Shown here: positions 16,735 through 27,398 of the stretch, one piece after another
Position numbering within the stretch: the stretch's first letter is position 1
How the letters are laid out: the number at the start of each line of letters is the position of its first letter
DNA from: Desulfotalea psychrophila LSv54
GTDB taxonomy: Bacteria > Desulfobacterota > Desulfobulbia > Desulfobulbales > Desulfocapsaceae
Assembly (NCBI RefSeq): GCF_000025945.1
Contig: NC_006138.1
Location: 2,010,001-2,042,000 of the forward strand
Length of the DNA: 32,000 nt
Direction of reading: 5' to 3'
Notes under the pieces: model-generated
Databases searched by the model: none
The model's input: the letters and a program-made list of their open reading frames with translations, nothing else
Told to the model about the DNA's origin: nothing
Made by a program: the position numbers and the translations under genes

Positions 16735-19398
16735 TTAGGAGAGTTTTTTTAAGCGGTCACTGGCCTCATCAATCTTGGCAAGCTTGGCGTCAAGCTCTTC
16801 CTTTTCGCCGGTAACCTTCGCCACAACAGCTTCAGGAGCGCCTGCAAGAAACTTGGCATTACCCAACTTGCCATTTATCTGCTTCAGTTTTGCCTCTACC
16901 TTTTTGCGTTCACGAGAGAGCTTTTCAAGCTCTGCCTCTATATCGACAAGACCTGCAAGGGGCACAAATATCTCAATATCGTTATAGATATAGGTCGCCG
17001 CATCCGCTGGTTTTTCTGCCTCTGCAACAACGGTGAAACCTTCAAGGCGGGTCATGTCAGAGATGCCGGAGGTGTAGGATCGAATAATATCAGCCCTCTT
17101 GCTATCATGACAGATAACAGTGGCATTTATCTTGGTTGAGGGATGAACCTCCGCCTCGGAACGAATATTACGAATACCTGTAATAATACCCATAAGAAGC
17201 TCCATCTCCGCTTCGGCCTCTTCGTCCTTCCACTCTTCACGGACTTCAGGAAAGGCTGAAGTGGCGAGGAAACCACGTTCTCCAGGGAGTACACTCCAGA
17301 TCTCCTCGGTGACAAATGGGGTGATGGGGTGCAGGGTTTTGAGGATGGTTTCCAGTACCACCATCAGGCAACCGCGGGCCTGATCTCGGGCGACAAGATC
17401 GTCGCTGAAGAGATCTGACTTGATCCACTCAAGGTACCAATCGCAAAATTCTTTCCAGATAAACTGGTAGTTGAGAGAGGCAACTTCATTGAAGAGGTAG
17501 CCGCGAAGACTTCTATGGATGCCTTCAACCAATTTGGCGGTACGGCTGAGTATCCAGCGATGGCCCAGGGCAAGATCCTTCGGTGTCTCTACAGCTACGC
17601 GAATGCTGTCGTCGCAATCGCCGATATGCATTTGGGCGAAGCGGGCTGCATTCCAAATCTTATTGATAAAGTGACGATATCCTTCGATACGGTCTTCGTC
17701 GAGCTTGATCTCGCGTCCCTGGGCGGCAAAGGCAGTTAAGGTGAAGCGCATGGAGTCGGTGCCGTACTGGGCCATGATCTCAAGTGGATCAATAACATTG
17801 CCGGTGGATTTTGACATCTTCTTGCCATGCTTGTCACGTACCAGAGCATGCAGGTAGACGTCCTTGAAGGGCACCTCATCCATGAGATGGAGCCCCATCA
17901 TCATCATCCGGGCAACCCAGAAGAAGAGGATATCGAAGCTGGTTATCAGGACAGAGGTAGGATAAAAGGTTTGCAACTCTTTGGTGTTCTCAGGCCAGCC
18001 CATGGTGGAAAATGGCCAGAGGGCAGAGGAGAACCAGGTGTCGAGCACATCGGTCTCTTGACTCAGCTTGCTTGAACCACACTTCGGACAGCTGGTGGGG
18101 TCCTCGGTCTCAACGATGAGTTCACCACAATCGGCGCAGGACCAGGCGGGAATACGATGTCCCCACCAGATTTGCCGTGAGATACACCAGTCACGGATAT
18201 TGTCCATCCAACTGTAAAAGGTGTTGTACCAGGTCTTGGGATAGATATTGATCTGGCCATCACGCACCGCATCAACTGCCTTGGCAGCTAGCGGTTTTAC
18301 GGAGACAAACCACTGCAGGGAGGTGGTGGGTTCGATAACGGTCTTACAGCGATAGCAGTGACCTACGGCATGATCGTAATCTTCAATCTCAACCAGATAG
18401 CCCTGCTCGCGAAGATCTTCGACAATCTGCTTGCGGCATTCAAAACGATCAAGGCCGGCATATTTGCCCGCATTGTCGTTCATCATGCCCTTCTCGTCGA
18501 TAACCTTGCAGAGATCAAGCCCATGACGTATACCAATCTCGTAATCATTACGATCATGGGATGGTGTTACCTTCAGGGCCCCGGTACCAAAATCCTTCTC
18601 TACGTGGTGATCAAAGACCACGGGCAGGATACGGTCGGTCAGGGGGAGTTTTATTCCTATTTCACCCAGGTGAGCATAGCGCTCATCATCTGGATGGACG
18701 GCAATGGCTGTATCGCCAGGCATAGTCTCGGGGCGGGTAGTGGCGATAACTACGGAGCCGGAACCATCGGCAAAGGGATAGCGGATGTGATAGAGTTTAC
18801 CCTTGCTATCCTCGTGCTCAACCTCGTCATCGGCAAGAGCCGTCTGACAGCGTGGGCACCAGTTAACGATATAATCGCCCTTATAGATAAGGCCTTCCTT
18901 GTAGAGGCGGACAAATACCTCGCGAACCGAGGTGGAGAGACCCTCGTCCATGGTAAAGCGCTCACGCTCCCAGTCGCAGGAAGAGCCAATCTTTTTTAAC
19001 TGATTAACAATTGTGCCGCCCTTATCTTCGCGCCACTTCCATACCCTTTCAATAAAGGCCTCGCGACCTAGATCGTGACGCCCCTTGCCCTCGGTTGCCA
19101 GCTGACGTTCGACGACGTTCTGGGTGGCAATGCCTGCATGGTCAGTGCCGGGAATCCACATGGTATTATCGCCACACATGCGGTGATAGCGTACCAGGAT
19201 ATCCTGTAGTGTATTGTTTAAAGCATGGCCTACATGGAGTACGCCAGTAACGTTTGGTGGCGGGATAACGATGGAAAATGCATCTTTACCATCCTCCATC
19301 TTCGTTGCAAAAGCATTCTGCTTATGCCAACGAGAAAGCCACTTTTCTTCAACATCTGCAAACTCATATCCTTTACTTAACAAGCTGTCCTGTGCCAT
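16735..19398 (-). CDS. valS: Valyl-tRNA synthetase
   Basis: 887 aa; class I signatures PPPNVTGVLHVGHALN (HIGH) and KMSKSTGN (KMSKS), W-rich class I core, C-terminal coiled-coil domain typical of ValRS. Confidence 0.97.
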   Translation of the reverse strand: MAQDSLLSKGYEFADVEEKWLSRWHKQNAFATKMEDGKDAFSIVIPPPNVTGVLHVGHALNNTLQDILVRYHRMCGDNTMWIPGTDHAGIATQNVVERQLATEGKGRHDLGREAFIERVWKWREDKGGTIVNQLKKIGSSCDWERERFTMDEGLSTSVREVFVRLYKEGLIYKGDYIVNWCPRCQTALADDEVEHEDSKGKLYHIRYPFADGSGSVVIATTRPETMPGDTAIAVHPDDERYAHLGEIGIKLPLTDRILPVVFDHHVEKDFGTGALKVTPSHDRNDYEIGIRHGLDLCKVIDEKGMMNDNAGKYAGLDRFECRKQIVEDLREQGYLVEIEDYDHAVGHCYRCKTVIEPTTSLQWFVSVKPLAAKAVDAVRDGQINIYPKTWYNTFYSWMDNIRDWCISRQIWWGHRIPAWSCADCGELIVETEDPTSCPKCGSSKLSQETDVLDTWFSSALWPFSTMGWPENTKELQTFYPTSVLITSFDILFFWVARMMMMGLHLMDEVPFKDVYLHALVRDKHGKKMSKSTGNVIDPLEIMAQYGTDSMRFTLTAFAAQGREIKLDEDRIEGYRHFINKIWNAARFAQMHIGDCDDSIRVAVETPKDLALGHRWILSRTAKLVEGIHRSLRGYLFNEVASLNYQFIWKEFCDWYLEWIKSDLFSDDLVARDQARGCLMVVLETILKTLHPITPFVTEEIWSVLPGERGFLATSAFPEVREEWKDEEAEAEMELLMGIITGIRNIRSEAEVHPSTKINATVICHDSKRADIIRSYTSGISDMTRLEGFTVVAEAEKPADAATYIYNDIEIFVPLAGLVDIEAELEKLSRERKKVEAKLKQINGKLGNAKFLAGAPEAVVAKVTGEKEELDAKLAKIDEASDRLKKLS

Positions 19399-19517
19399 AT
19401 TTTTCTTCTTCTCTGTGTATATAGGAGTAATCTAAAACAAAAACATATAACGATAACAGAACAGGATACCCCACCACTTCACTGGCTGGCAAGCCTTTTC
19501 TGTAGATCAACTATTCG

Positions 19518-20642
19518 CTAGGCAAAGGAGGTGCTTGAATTTCCCGAATAATGACCACCCCAAGGTTGAGGTAAAAAAATATGTTCATAAATACTGAGTG
19601 CGTATCTATCCGTCATCCCGGCCACATAGTCACAGACGCATCTGTGGGCAAATTGTTGGTCTTCCCACTCTGGAGTCTTTTCTCCATAGGTCCAGTCCAT
19701 GCCCTGTCGTCGAACTAAACCATTTTCTAAAAAATAGTGGTAGAGATCGGTGATAATTCTGCTAGCCTTTTCAAATTCTCGGTAGATTTTTTCTGTTCGA
19801 TAGACATTTTTAAAAAGAAAAGAACGCATTCTGTCAATGGCCTCGAGCATCTCTTCACTGACATGGAGATTGCCATCGTCCCCCCGCAGGGTTTCGACAA
19901 TAAGATCCCGAACCATGGAACCAATCCGGGCGGCATGACTATCGCCGACAACAGCACAAATTTCTTGTGGTAGATCCTTTCTCTTTATCACTCCCGCTCG
20001 CAGGGCATCGTCCATATCATGGTTTACATAGGCGACTATGTCGGCCAAGCGGACAATTTGCCCTTCAAGGGTAATAGCCAGACTCTTGGTGTTTTTGGGT
20101 AATATTTCTCCTTCGCCTTTGGAGTGACGGACAATACCGTTTCGTACCTCAAGGGTAAGGTTAAGGCCCCTGCCATCGTGCTCCAGCATATCAACTACTC
20201 GCAGGCTATGTATATAGTGGCGAAAGCCCTTGGGGTGCAATTTGTTGAGCGTTGCCTCTCCTGCATGGCCAAAAGGGGTATGACCAAGATCATGTCCCAG
20301 GGCAATGGCCTCGGTTAGCGATTCATTGAGACAGAGGGCCGCTGCCACGGTGCGTGCTATTTGGGAAACTTCTAAGACATGGGTAAGACGGGTGCGGTAG
20401 TGATCGCCGGTGGGAGAGAGAAAGACCTGGGTTTTATGTTTCAGACGGCGAAAGGTCTTGGAGTGAAGGATGCGGTCACGGTCCCTCTGAAAAGAGAGGC
20501 GGATGTCACCTATATGCTCTTCTTCAGGAATCATTCTCCCCCTTGAGTTTTTGCTTAGGGTGGCAAAGGGAGAGAGAATTTCTGCCTCTCGCTCTTCCAG
20601 CTGTTGTTTAAGTGATCGTCCCAAAACAGGTTGATATGTCAT
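19518..20642 (-). CDS. dgt: Deoxyguanosinetriphosphate triphosphohydrolase-like HD protein
   Basis: 374 aa; SKTFRRLKHKTQVF, GDHYRTRLTHVLEVSQIART, HDLGHTPFGHAGE (HD motif), ADIVAYVNHDMDDA. Confidence 0.92.
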   Translation of the reverse strand: MTYQPVLGRSLKQQLEEREAEILSPFATLSKNSRGRMIPEEEHIGDIRLSFQRDRDRILHSKTFRRLKHKTQVFLSPTGDHYRTRLTHVLEVSQIARTVAAALCLNESLTEAIALGHDLGHTPFGHAGEATLNKLHPKGFRHYIHSLRVVDMLEHDGRGLNLTLEVRNGIVRHSKGEGEILPKNTKSLAITLEGQIVRLADIVAYVNHDMDDALRAGVIKRKDLPQEICAVVGDSHAARIGSMVRDLIVETLRGDDGNLHVSEEMLEAIDRMRSFLFKNVYRTEKIYREFEKASRIITDLYHYFLENGLVRRQGMDWTYGEKTPEWEDQQFAHRCVCDYVAGMTDRYALSIYEHIFLPQPWGGHYSGNSSTSFA

Positions 20643-20874
20643 GAACCCTCCGCTGCATAGTGCTTGCTATAATTATGAGTAAAAACAAGTATAAGTTCAA
20701 TTCCTTACTAGAACATAACATAAAAAAAAATTATGGCAAAAATTTTACATTTCTCTTTTTTTTCTATACACTAAAATAGAATTAGTCGTCCTCTCTTATA
20801 CTAAGCAACAGGACAATTATTGATAGATAATTGCAGGCAGAGCTCAATTATCTCAAGATAAAAAGGAGCAAGGT

Positions 20875-21378
20875 ATGACCCAGGTAAGTCTTAACGGTAC
20901 CATAATAGAAACCATAGGTGATTTGCCGGAAGTTGGAGATATGGCAGCAGATTTCTCTCTTACCGCATCGGATTTATCGACAAAAACCCTTGACGATTAT
21001 ACAGGAAATACGGTGGTCTTAAATATTTTTCCTAGTATCGACACCCCTGTTTGTGCCATGAGCGTTCGTAAATTTAACAGTGATGCCGCAGGTAAAAAAA
21101 ACACTAAGGTTCTTTGTATTTCTGCAGACCTGCCCTTTGCGCATGCCCGTTTTTGTGATGGTGAGGGATTGAAAAATGTTATTCCCCTCTCTGCTTTTCG
21201 CTCCCCAAATTTTGGTAAAGATTATGGGCAGACAATTATAACAGGGCCGCTGACAGGACTTCTCGCTCGGGCCGTGGTTATTATCTCGCCTGCGGGTAAA
21301 ATTCTCTATACAGAGCAGGTGCCAGAGATCACTCAAGAGCCTAATTATAGTAAGGCCCTTCTCCTTCTTGCAGAGTAA
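20875..21378 (+). CDS. tpx: Thiol peroxidase (atypical 2-Cys peroxiredoxin)
   Basis: 167 aa; FPSIDTPVCAMSVRKFN (peroxidatic Cys) and SADLPFAHARFC (resolving Cys). Confidence 0.95.
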   Translation: MTQVSLNGTIIETIGDLPEVGDMAADFSLTASDLSTKTLDDYTGNTVVLNIFPSIDTPVCAMSVRKFNSDAAGKKNTKVLCISADLPFAHARFCDGEGLKNVIPLSAFRSPNFGKDYGQTIITGPLTGLLARAVVIISPAGKILYTEQVPEITQEPNYSKALLLLAE

Positions 21379-21525
21379 TATCTTCGGCAAAAGTATAAAA
21401 AATAAGAAATATATTTGCAAAATACAGATTTAACTTATAGAGATGTTTTCTGAAGACCATAAACACTCCGTTGTTTTGGACAGAGGAGCTTTCTTGTTTT
21501 TTATTACCTATGCTAGGAGAATACA

Positions 21526-22797
21526 ATGTCAGATATTATTTCGGCAGTAGATGCCATGGAAGTTCTCGACTCTAGGGGAAATCCTACCGTACGAGTTTTT
21601 GTTACTTTAGATAATGGCACCACATGTGCGGCATCTGTTCCTTCCGGAGCAAGCACAGGCGAAAATGAAGCAATAGAGCTTCGAGACGGAGATGCATCCC
21701 GCTATCTCGGCAAGGGAGTGCTTAAAGCTGTTGATAACGTAAAAAATATTATTGCTCCTGCCGTAATTGGCAAAAAAATTACTCATCAGGCTGCAATTGA
21801 TAATCTGATGATTGAGCTTGATGGTACCGAGACTAAGTCCAGTCTTGGCGCTAATGCCATTCTCGGTGTTTCCATGGCCGTCGCTCGTGCCGGTGCACGT
21901 TCCAGTCGCCTGCCACTCTACCAATATCTCGGCGGACCAGGCGCCAGACGCATTCCCGTGCCTGCCATGAACATCATTAATGGTGGAGAGCATGCAGATA
22001 ACAGTGTGGACATCCAGGAGTTTATGGCTGTGCCTGTGGGCGCACCAAGTTTTGGAGAGGGTCTACGTTATATTGCAGAGACATTTCATAATTTGAAAAA
22101 GATCCTTAAGAGTCGTGGTCTTGCAACCAGCGTTGGTGATGAGGGTGGCTTTGCGCCAAACCTTGAAAGCAATGAGGCTGCCATGGATATCATCATTGAA
22201 GCCATTGAGGCCAGTGGCTATACCCCAGGAAAAGATATTGCCTTTGCACTCGATAGTGCAGCGAGCTCTTTTTCTCCAGATCTCTGTGGTAGCTATGACC
22301 TGAAATGGTCTGGTGGTGGCAAAAAAGACAGTGCTGATATGATTGCCATGGCTCAAAAATGGATTGAGAAATACCCAATCGTTTCTTGGGAAGATCCACT
22401 TGCTGAAAACGACTGGGCAGGTTTTCAAAAACTGACAGCTGCCGTTGGCGATAAAATTGATGTTGTCGGTGACGATCTCTTTGTTACCAATACCAAGTAT
22501 ATCGCCCGTGGTATTGAAGAGAAGAGTGCCAACTCTGTACTTATTAAGCTCAACCAAATTGGTACAGTAACTGAAAGTATTGATGCCGTGCGCATGTGTC
22601 GTGAGGCGGGTTGGAGATACTTTATCTCTCATCGATCCGGTGAAACAGAAGATACCTTTCTTGCTGATTTTGCCGTAGCAATGGACGGTGGACAACTCAA
22701 AACAGGTTCCGCAAGTCGAAGTGAGCGTATTGCTAAATACAATCGTCTTCTTGAAATCGAGCGAGAGCTTGGTGCTAATGCCCTTTACTACTGGTAG
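21526..22797 (+). CDS. eno: Enolase
   Basis: 423 aa; [56 protein letters not shown]. Confidence 0.98.
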   Translation: MSDIISAVDAMEVLDSRGNPTVRVFVTLDNGTTCAASVPSGASTGENEAIELRDGDASRYLGKGVLKAVDNVKNIIAPAVIGKKITHQAAIDNLMIELDGTETKSSLGANAILGVSMAVARAGARSSRLPLYQYLGGPGARRIPVPAMNIINGGEHADNSVDIQEFMAVPVGAPSFGEGLRYIAETFHNLKKILKSRGLATSVGDEGGFAPNLESNEAAMDIIIEAIEASGYTPGKDIAFALDSAASSFSPDLCGSYDLKWSGGGKKDSADMIAMAQKWIEKYPIVSWEDPLAENDWAGFQKLTAAVGDKIDVVGDDLFVTNTKYIARGIEEKSANSVLIKLNQIGTVTESIDAVRMCREAGWRYFISHRSGETEDTFLADFAVAMDGGQLKTGSASRSERIAKYNRLLEIERELGANALYYW

Positions 22798-22816
22798 ATT
22801 CCTCTAGGATAGATAT

Positions 22817-22847
22817 GGGAGTCAGTTAGCTGTCTGGTCTGACTCCC
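22817..22847 (+). terminator. Stem-loop 20 nt after eno (terminator-like, no T-tract)
   Basis: gggagtcag (22817-22825) / ctgactccc (22839-22847), perfect 9-bp stem, 13-nt loop. Confidence 0.5.
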
Positions 22848-23127
22848 TTATCCGTAAATTCAGTACCATTTCATTCTTTTCTGTCTAGCCTCTGTTAATC
22901 TTGGAAAATCCCCTCTGCAATAAAAATGTATCAGCAAAAGGTATGGGTAGATCCTGCTCTTGATGAGATCTGCTCTTAGCCGAGCTGGTCTTTAGGAAAA
23001 ATGGTCAATTCTTTAAAGTTATCCCGTAGAATGTTATTCTTAAATTTCTTGTGTCTGCAGGAGAAAGACTGTAGGTTTGCCCTGTTTTTCGAAGTTTTTC
23101 ATCTTGAAAAGGAACGGGTGCAGAATT

Positions 23128-23905
23128 ATGGAAGGAATTGATCTGAGTTTTCAGATATTTATTTTTCTCTTTATTGTTGGTGCGGTGGCAGGACTTGTTG
23201 ATTCTATAGCAGGAGGAGGTGGACTCATTGCCCTACCGGCCCTCCTCTTTGTCGGTCTGCCCCCACAGCTTGCTCTGGGAACCAATAAATTGCAGGGTTG
23301 TTTTGGCACTTTTTCTGCAAGCTATAACTTTGTTAGAACAGGCCATGTCTCCCTGCGCGGGGCCTCCTCGGGTATAATCTTTACCCTCTTGGGGGCTGGG
23401 CTTGGTGCTTGGCTTGTTCAGCAACTCTCAGCCGGTTTTACCCAGTACCTCATCCCGGTCATGCTCTGTATCGTTTTTCTCTATATCATGCTCTCTCCCC
23501 GCCTTGGTTTTGAAGAGAGGGGGGCCAAGATGTCGATATTTGCCTTTAGCCTGGTCTTTGGTATGTCTCTTGGTTTTTACGATGGATTTTTTGGTCCCGG
23601 CACAGGTTCTTTTTGGACAATGGCCTGCATGACCATGATGGGAATGAATATGACCCGAGCCTCGGGTTATACAAAGATAATGAACTTCACCCAGTAATAT
23701 TGCGGCACTTTCTCTTTTTGTTGCGGGTGGGAATGTCTGTTATTCAGTGGGCCTGACCATGGCTCTGGGGCAGATACTGGGGGCATCCGTGGGTTCCCAT
23801 CTTGCTATTAAAAACGGAGCAAAATTTATCCGCCCCGTTTTTTTGGCAGTTGTTTTTCTTACTATTACCAGACTCATCTATAATCAAATTTCTCCTGCAG
23901 GCTAG
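23128..23905 (+). pseudogene. TSUP/YfcA-type membrane permease gene, interrupted by a single +1 frameshift at 23690-23692
   Basis: Frame 1 encodes MEGIDLSFQIFIFLFIVGAVAGLVDSIAGGGGLIALPALLFVGLPPQLALGTNKLQGCFG...GFYDGFFGPGTGSFWT...ASGYTKIMNFTQ-stop (23697). Removing one C from the ccc at 23690-23692 restores 70 further family-like residues: SNIAALSLFVAGGNVCYSVGLTMALGQILGASVGSHLAIKNGAKFIRPVFLAVVFLTITRLIYNQISPAG-stop (23903-23905). Confidence 0.85.
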
Positions 23906-23913
23906 GCAGGGAA

Positions 23914-24495
23914 TTATTTTTTTCCTTCACATTCTGGGCAAATGGTTTTTATAAAACGATCTTCACCATTTTTTTCTATAAGTTCAAGGTAGTCATGCCA
24001 TGTTCCCTCGTCAATATCTTCAATTTTGTGGCATTTTTCGCAGACGGTGAGGCTGTCCTGCAGGGTGTCGAGTTGATTGATGGCATTTTTTAATTCAGTG
24101 ACGGTGGAGGCAAGCATGTCCTGACTGCGAACAAGGCGATCGGCAACACGTACTCTGGCCCGCAATTCATCACTGTTAAAGGGTTTGGTGATATAGTCAT
24201 CGGCGCCGGCATCAAAACCAAGCAGTATATCATTTTTGCTGCCGTGAGCGGTTAGCAGTATAATATATGGAGGGTTTTCGCTCTCCTGTTCCCTCAGCCT
24301 TTTGCATACTTCCAGTCCATCAACTTCGGGCATTTCCCAGTCAATTATGGCAATCCTAGGTGCCTCTCCACGACCAAAAAGCTCCATGGCCTCTTTTCCA
24401 TCCTTAGCTTCCAGAACGTCGTAGCCCCAATTTTCTAAACTTACCTGCACCATTAGTCTTGTTACAAGTTCATCTTCTGCCACAAGCACTTTCAT
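23914..24495 (-). CDS. Response regulator (REC only) with C-terminal coiled coil and Cys (CxxC...CPxC) motif
   Basis: MKVLVAEDELVTRLMVQVSLENWGYDVLEA... IAIIDWEMPEVDGLEV, ILLTAHG, DDYITKPFN; tail VCEKCHKIEDIDEGTWHDYLELIEKNGEDRFIKTICPECEGKK. Track start is 24540; ATG 24495-24493 better fits the REC start. Confidence 0.9.
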   Translation of the reverse strand: MKVLVAEDELVTRLMVQVSLENWGYDVLEAKDGKEAMELFGRGEAPRIAIIDWEMPEVDGLEVCKRLREQESENPPYIILLTAHGSKNDILLGFDAGADDYITKPFNSDELRARVRVADRLVRSQDMLASTVTELKNAINQLDTLQDSLTVCEKCHKIEDIDEGTWHDYLELIEKNGEDRFIKTICPECEGKK

Positions 24496-24821
24496 AGTCG
24501 TCACCTTGTCGTTAAATAAAAAATAATATCCACCATACAATACAGAAGACCTTACAGTAAAAAGGTTCTATTGTTCCATGTTTTTTTGCTGAGGCCTATT
24601 TATCTTCATAGACTAAGAGTAGGTCTGGTAAGCCCTGTTCTCTTCCCCCAAAAGATGGGAAAATGGGGTAGGGGAAAAATATATATTTTTAAATTCAGTT
24701 GAATAGCGGTTAATTTTTTTGCTACCCTTAGCTTACAGTAGAATGCATTTTTCAGGATTTGACCATCCGCAATAGATAGGGAGGATGGAGCAAACCAACC
24801 TTTCACCTTGGTACATTTTTT

Positions 24822-26159
24822 ATGAAAACCTTTTGTATAAAAAAAGGTCTTAATATTCCCATTAAAGGTGTTGCTGGGCCGCAAATACGGCAGGGAAAAG
24901 TTGTAGATAAAATAGCTTTGATTGCCGATGATTATGTTGGCCTGAGGCCAACTATGAAGGTTGAGGTTGGTGATAAGGTTATCTGCGGTCAACTTCTCTT
25001 TACCGATAAGCAAACGCCCGGTATTCGCTTCACCGCCCCGGCAGCAGGCACGATCAGCGCAATTAACAGGGGGGGGAAACGTAAATTTCTCTCTCTGGTG
25101 ATTGATCTCGCCAAGGATCTTGCCTGTACATTTCTTCACCCTGAAGATGTTTATACGTCTGAAAGTATTGGTGATATTCTTATTCAGTCTGGACTGTGGA
25201 CATGCTTTCGGACCCGGCCCTATGGCAAGATTCCCGGCATAGAGACAAGCCCCCATTCACTTTTTATTACGGCAAGTGATAGTGCACCTCTGGCTCCCTT
25301 GCCCCAGAGCATTATCGCTGAATACAGCGATGAGTATAGTGAGGGACTCAGGCAGCTTCGGGCATATTTCTCCTGTCCCATATATTACTGTACCAATCAG
25401 GAGGCGTTGCTCCCCGCCGAGGAACTGGAGGGGCTTGATTACAACTGTTTTCTGGGGCCTCATCCGGCAGGACTTGCCTCGACTCATATTCATTTTCTTG
25501 ACTCCGCCAGCGAAGATAAGACCGTCTGGAATATATCCTATCAGGATGTTATTTCCATTGGTTATCTCTTTCGTACGGGCCGCCTGATGACAGAGAGGAT
25601 CATTGCCATTACCGGTCCGTCAGCTCGTCAGCCCTCTCTTCTGCGCACCCATATAGGGGCCGATATTCATCAACTCTGCCGTGATGAGGGGTCAGGGGCC
25701 GGGGTGCGAACCATCTCCGGCTCTGTCCTTGCGGGCCGACAGGTAACAGATGAAGAACACTTTTTAGGCCGTTACCACAATCAAATATGTATGCTCGAGG
25801 AGAGTGCGGACAGATCACCTTTTAATTGGGCAATGCCGGGTAGAGATAAATTTTCCGCTCGGCCCATTTTCGCCTCCCTCTTCTCTAAGGGCAAGACGTT
25901 TTCAATGAAGACAGCACTCTATGGAGGTTTTCGGGCAATTTATCCTCTGGGCAGCCATGAGCAGGTCATGCCTCTTGATATCCTGGCGACCCCATTTTTG
26001 CAGGCCATATCAAATCATAATACCAGTAAGGCAAAGGATCTCGGTTGTCTGGAACTGATAGAAGAAGATCTAGCGCTCTGTAGCTTTGTTTGCCCGGGAA
26101 AAAACGAATTTGCTAGTGTTCTTCGTGGCGTATTGGCTAGCATAGAACAGGGCGATTAA
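24822..26159 (+). CDS. nqrA: Na+-translocating NADH:quinone reductase subunit A
   Basis: 445 aa; MKTFCIKKGLNIPIKG, ..GDKV..GQLLF.DK..PGI.FTAPAAGTI..INRG.KR.., first gene of a syntenic nqrABCDEF run. Confidence 0.95.
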   Translation: MKTFCIKKGLNIPIKGVAGPQIRQGKVVDKIALIADDYVGLRPTMKVEVGDKVICGQLLFTDKQTPGIRFTAPAAGTISAINRGGKRKFLSLVIDLAKDLACTFLHPEDVYTSESIGDILIQSGLWTCFRTRPYGKIPGIETSPHSLFITASDSAPLAPLPQSIIAEYSDEYSEGLRQLRAYFSCPIYYCTNQEALLPAEELEGLDYNCFLGPHPAGLASTHIHFLDSASEDKTVWNISYQDVISIGYLFRTGRLMTERIIAITGPSARQPSLLRTHIGADIHQLCRDEGSGAGVRTISGSVLAGRQVTDEEHFLGRYHNQICMLEESADRSPFNWAMPGRDKFSARPIFASLFSKGKTFSMKTALYGGFRAIYPLGSHEQVMPLDILATPFLQAISNHNTSKAKDLGCLELIEEDLALCSFVCPGKNEFASVLRGVLASIEQGD

Positions 26160-26198
26160 GGACTTAGGATAAATCATATAACTGAGATAGAGGAAGAG

Positions 26199-27398
26199 AT
26201 GAGCGTCTTAAATACCTTGTTAAGAAAGATCGAGCACCTTTTTACGGAAGGGGGCAAAGGCCGTTGGTATCCACTCTATGATGCCTTCGATACCTTCCTC
26301 TTTGGTAGCAATCTTACGACAAAAACTGCTCCTCACGTGCGAGATGCCATAGATTTTAAAAGGATAATGACGATTGTCATTATTGCCCTCATTCCCTGTA
26401 CCCTGATGGGTATTTGGAACACAGGTTATCAGGCAAATATTATTATCCATCTACAGCCGGGTGCCGAGTTAGGTGGTTGGCGAAGCCAAATCATGGCTCA
26501 GGTCGGTATTGATCCCCGCAGTTTTTTTTCAAACTTTATCCATGGCGCCCTCTATTTCCTGCCCATTTATCTTGTTACCCTTATTGTAGGCTCCTTTTGG
26601 GAGGGGCTCTTTAATTTGATTCGCGGTCATGAATTTTCCGAGGCATTTTTGGTCACCAGTCTCCTCTTTGCCCTTATTCTTCCTCCAAATATTCCACTCT
26701 GGCAGGTGGCCGTTGGCATTAGCTTTGGGGTGGTTTTTGTTAAGGAGGCCTTTGGAGGAGTGGGACGCAATTTTATGAATCCCGCCCTGGCAGCCCGGGC
26801 ATTTCTCTTTTTTGCCTACCCAGGGCAGATCACCAGTGACAAGGTCTGGACAGCCGTTGACAGTGTCAGTAGCGCTACTCCTCTTTCTCAAATTGCCTCC
26901 AGCACTGGAGATTTCTCATCCCTTGCCATCAGTTGGCAGGACGCCTTTTATGGCATGATCCCCGGCTGTATTGGCGAAACATCTGCCTTGGCCTGTCTCA
27001 TTGGTGCTGCCATTCTTCTGCTGACCCGGATAGCCTCCTGGCGAATTATGCTCTCCATGACCCTTGGCGCTCTTATTTGCTCCAGCTTTTTTTGGTTCTT
27101 CTTGAGTGGCGACAGGCCAATTTATGGTATCCCACCATACTATCATCTGGTATTTGGCGGTTTTGCCTTTGGTCTGGTTTTTATGGCAACGGATCCTGTG
27201 TCGGCTGCCCATACGCAGGTGGGGCAGTGGCTCTACGGTCTCTTTGTCGGCTTTTTGGTCATCCTTATTCGGGTCCAGAATCCCGCATATCCGGAAGGGG
27301 TCATGTTTGCCATTCTTCTCGGTAATGTCTTTGCCCCACTCTTTGATTACTTTGTCATAGAGGCCAACATAAAGAGGAGGAAGCTACGCCATGTTTGA
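26199..27398 (+). CDS. nqrB: Na+-translocating NADH:quinone reductase subunit B
   Basis: 399 aa; multi-TM, SVSSATPLSQ (FMN attachment Thr region), GRNFMNPALAARAFLFFAYP, nqr synteny. Confidence 0.96.
   Translation: MSVLNTLLRKIEHLFTEGGKGRWYPLYDAFDTFLFGSNLTTKTAPHVRDAIDFKRIMTIVIIALIPCTLMGIWNTGYQANIIIHLQPGAELGGWRSQIMAQVGIDPRSFFSNFIHGALYFLPIYLVTLIVGSFWEGLFNLIRGHEFSEAFLVTSLLFALILPPNIPLWQVAVGISFGVVFVKEAFGGVGRNFMNPALAARAFLFFAYPGQITSDKVWTAVDSVSSATPLSQIASSTGDFSSLAISWQDAFYGMIPGCIGETSALACLIGAAILLLTRIASWRIMLSMTLGALICSSFFWFFLSGDRPIYGIPPYYHLVFGGFAFGLVFMATDPVSAAHTQVGQWLYGLFVGFLVILIRVQNPAYPEGVMFAILLGNVFAPLFDYFVIEANIKRRKLRHV

Noticed and set aside
18358-18999. 213-aa plus-strand ORF inside valS
   Set aside because: Antisense to conserved valyl-tRNA synthetase core.
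22063-22695. 210-aa minus-strand ORF inside eno
   Set aside because: Antisense to highly conserved enolase; no domain-like features.
24630-24680. Possible regulatory hairpin upstream of nqrA (tcccc...gggga followed by AT-rich aaaaatatatattttt)
   Set aside because: Only a short, imperfect stem with a long loop; could be chance in AT/GC-skewed DNA. Not called without folding or transcript data.
24606-25256. 216-aa minus-strand ORF overlapping the start of nqrA
   Set aside because: Overlaps the confidently assigned nqrA on the opposite strand, with no recognisable domain; likely a chance antisense ORF.
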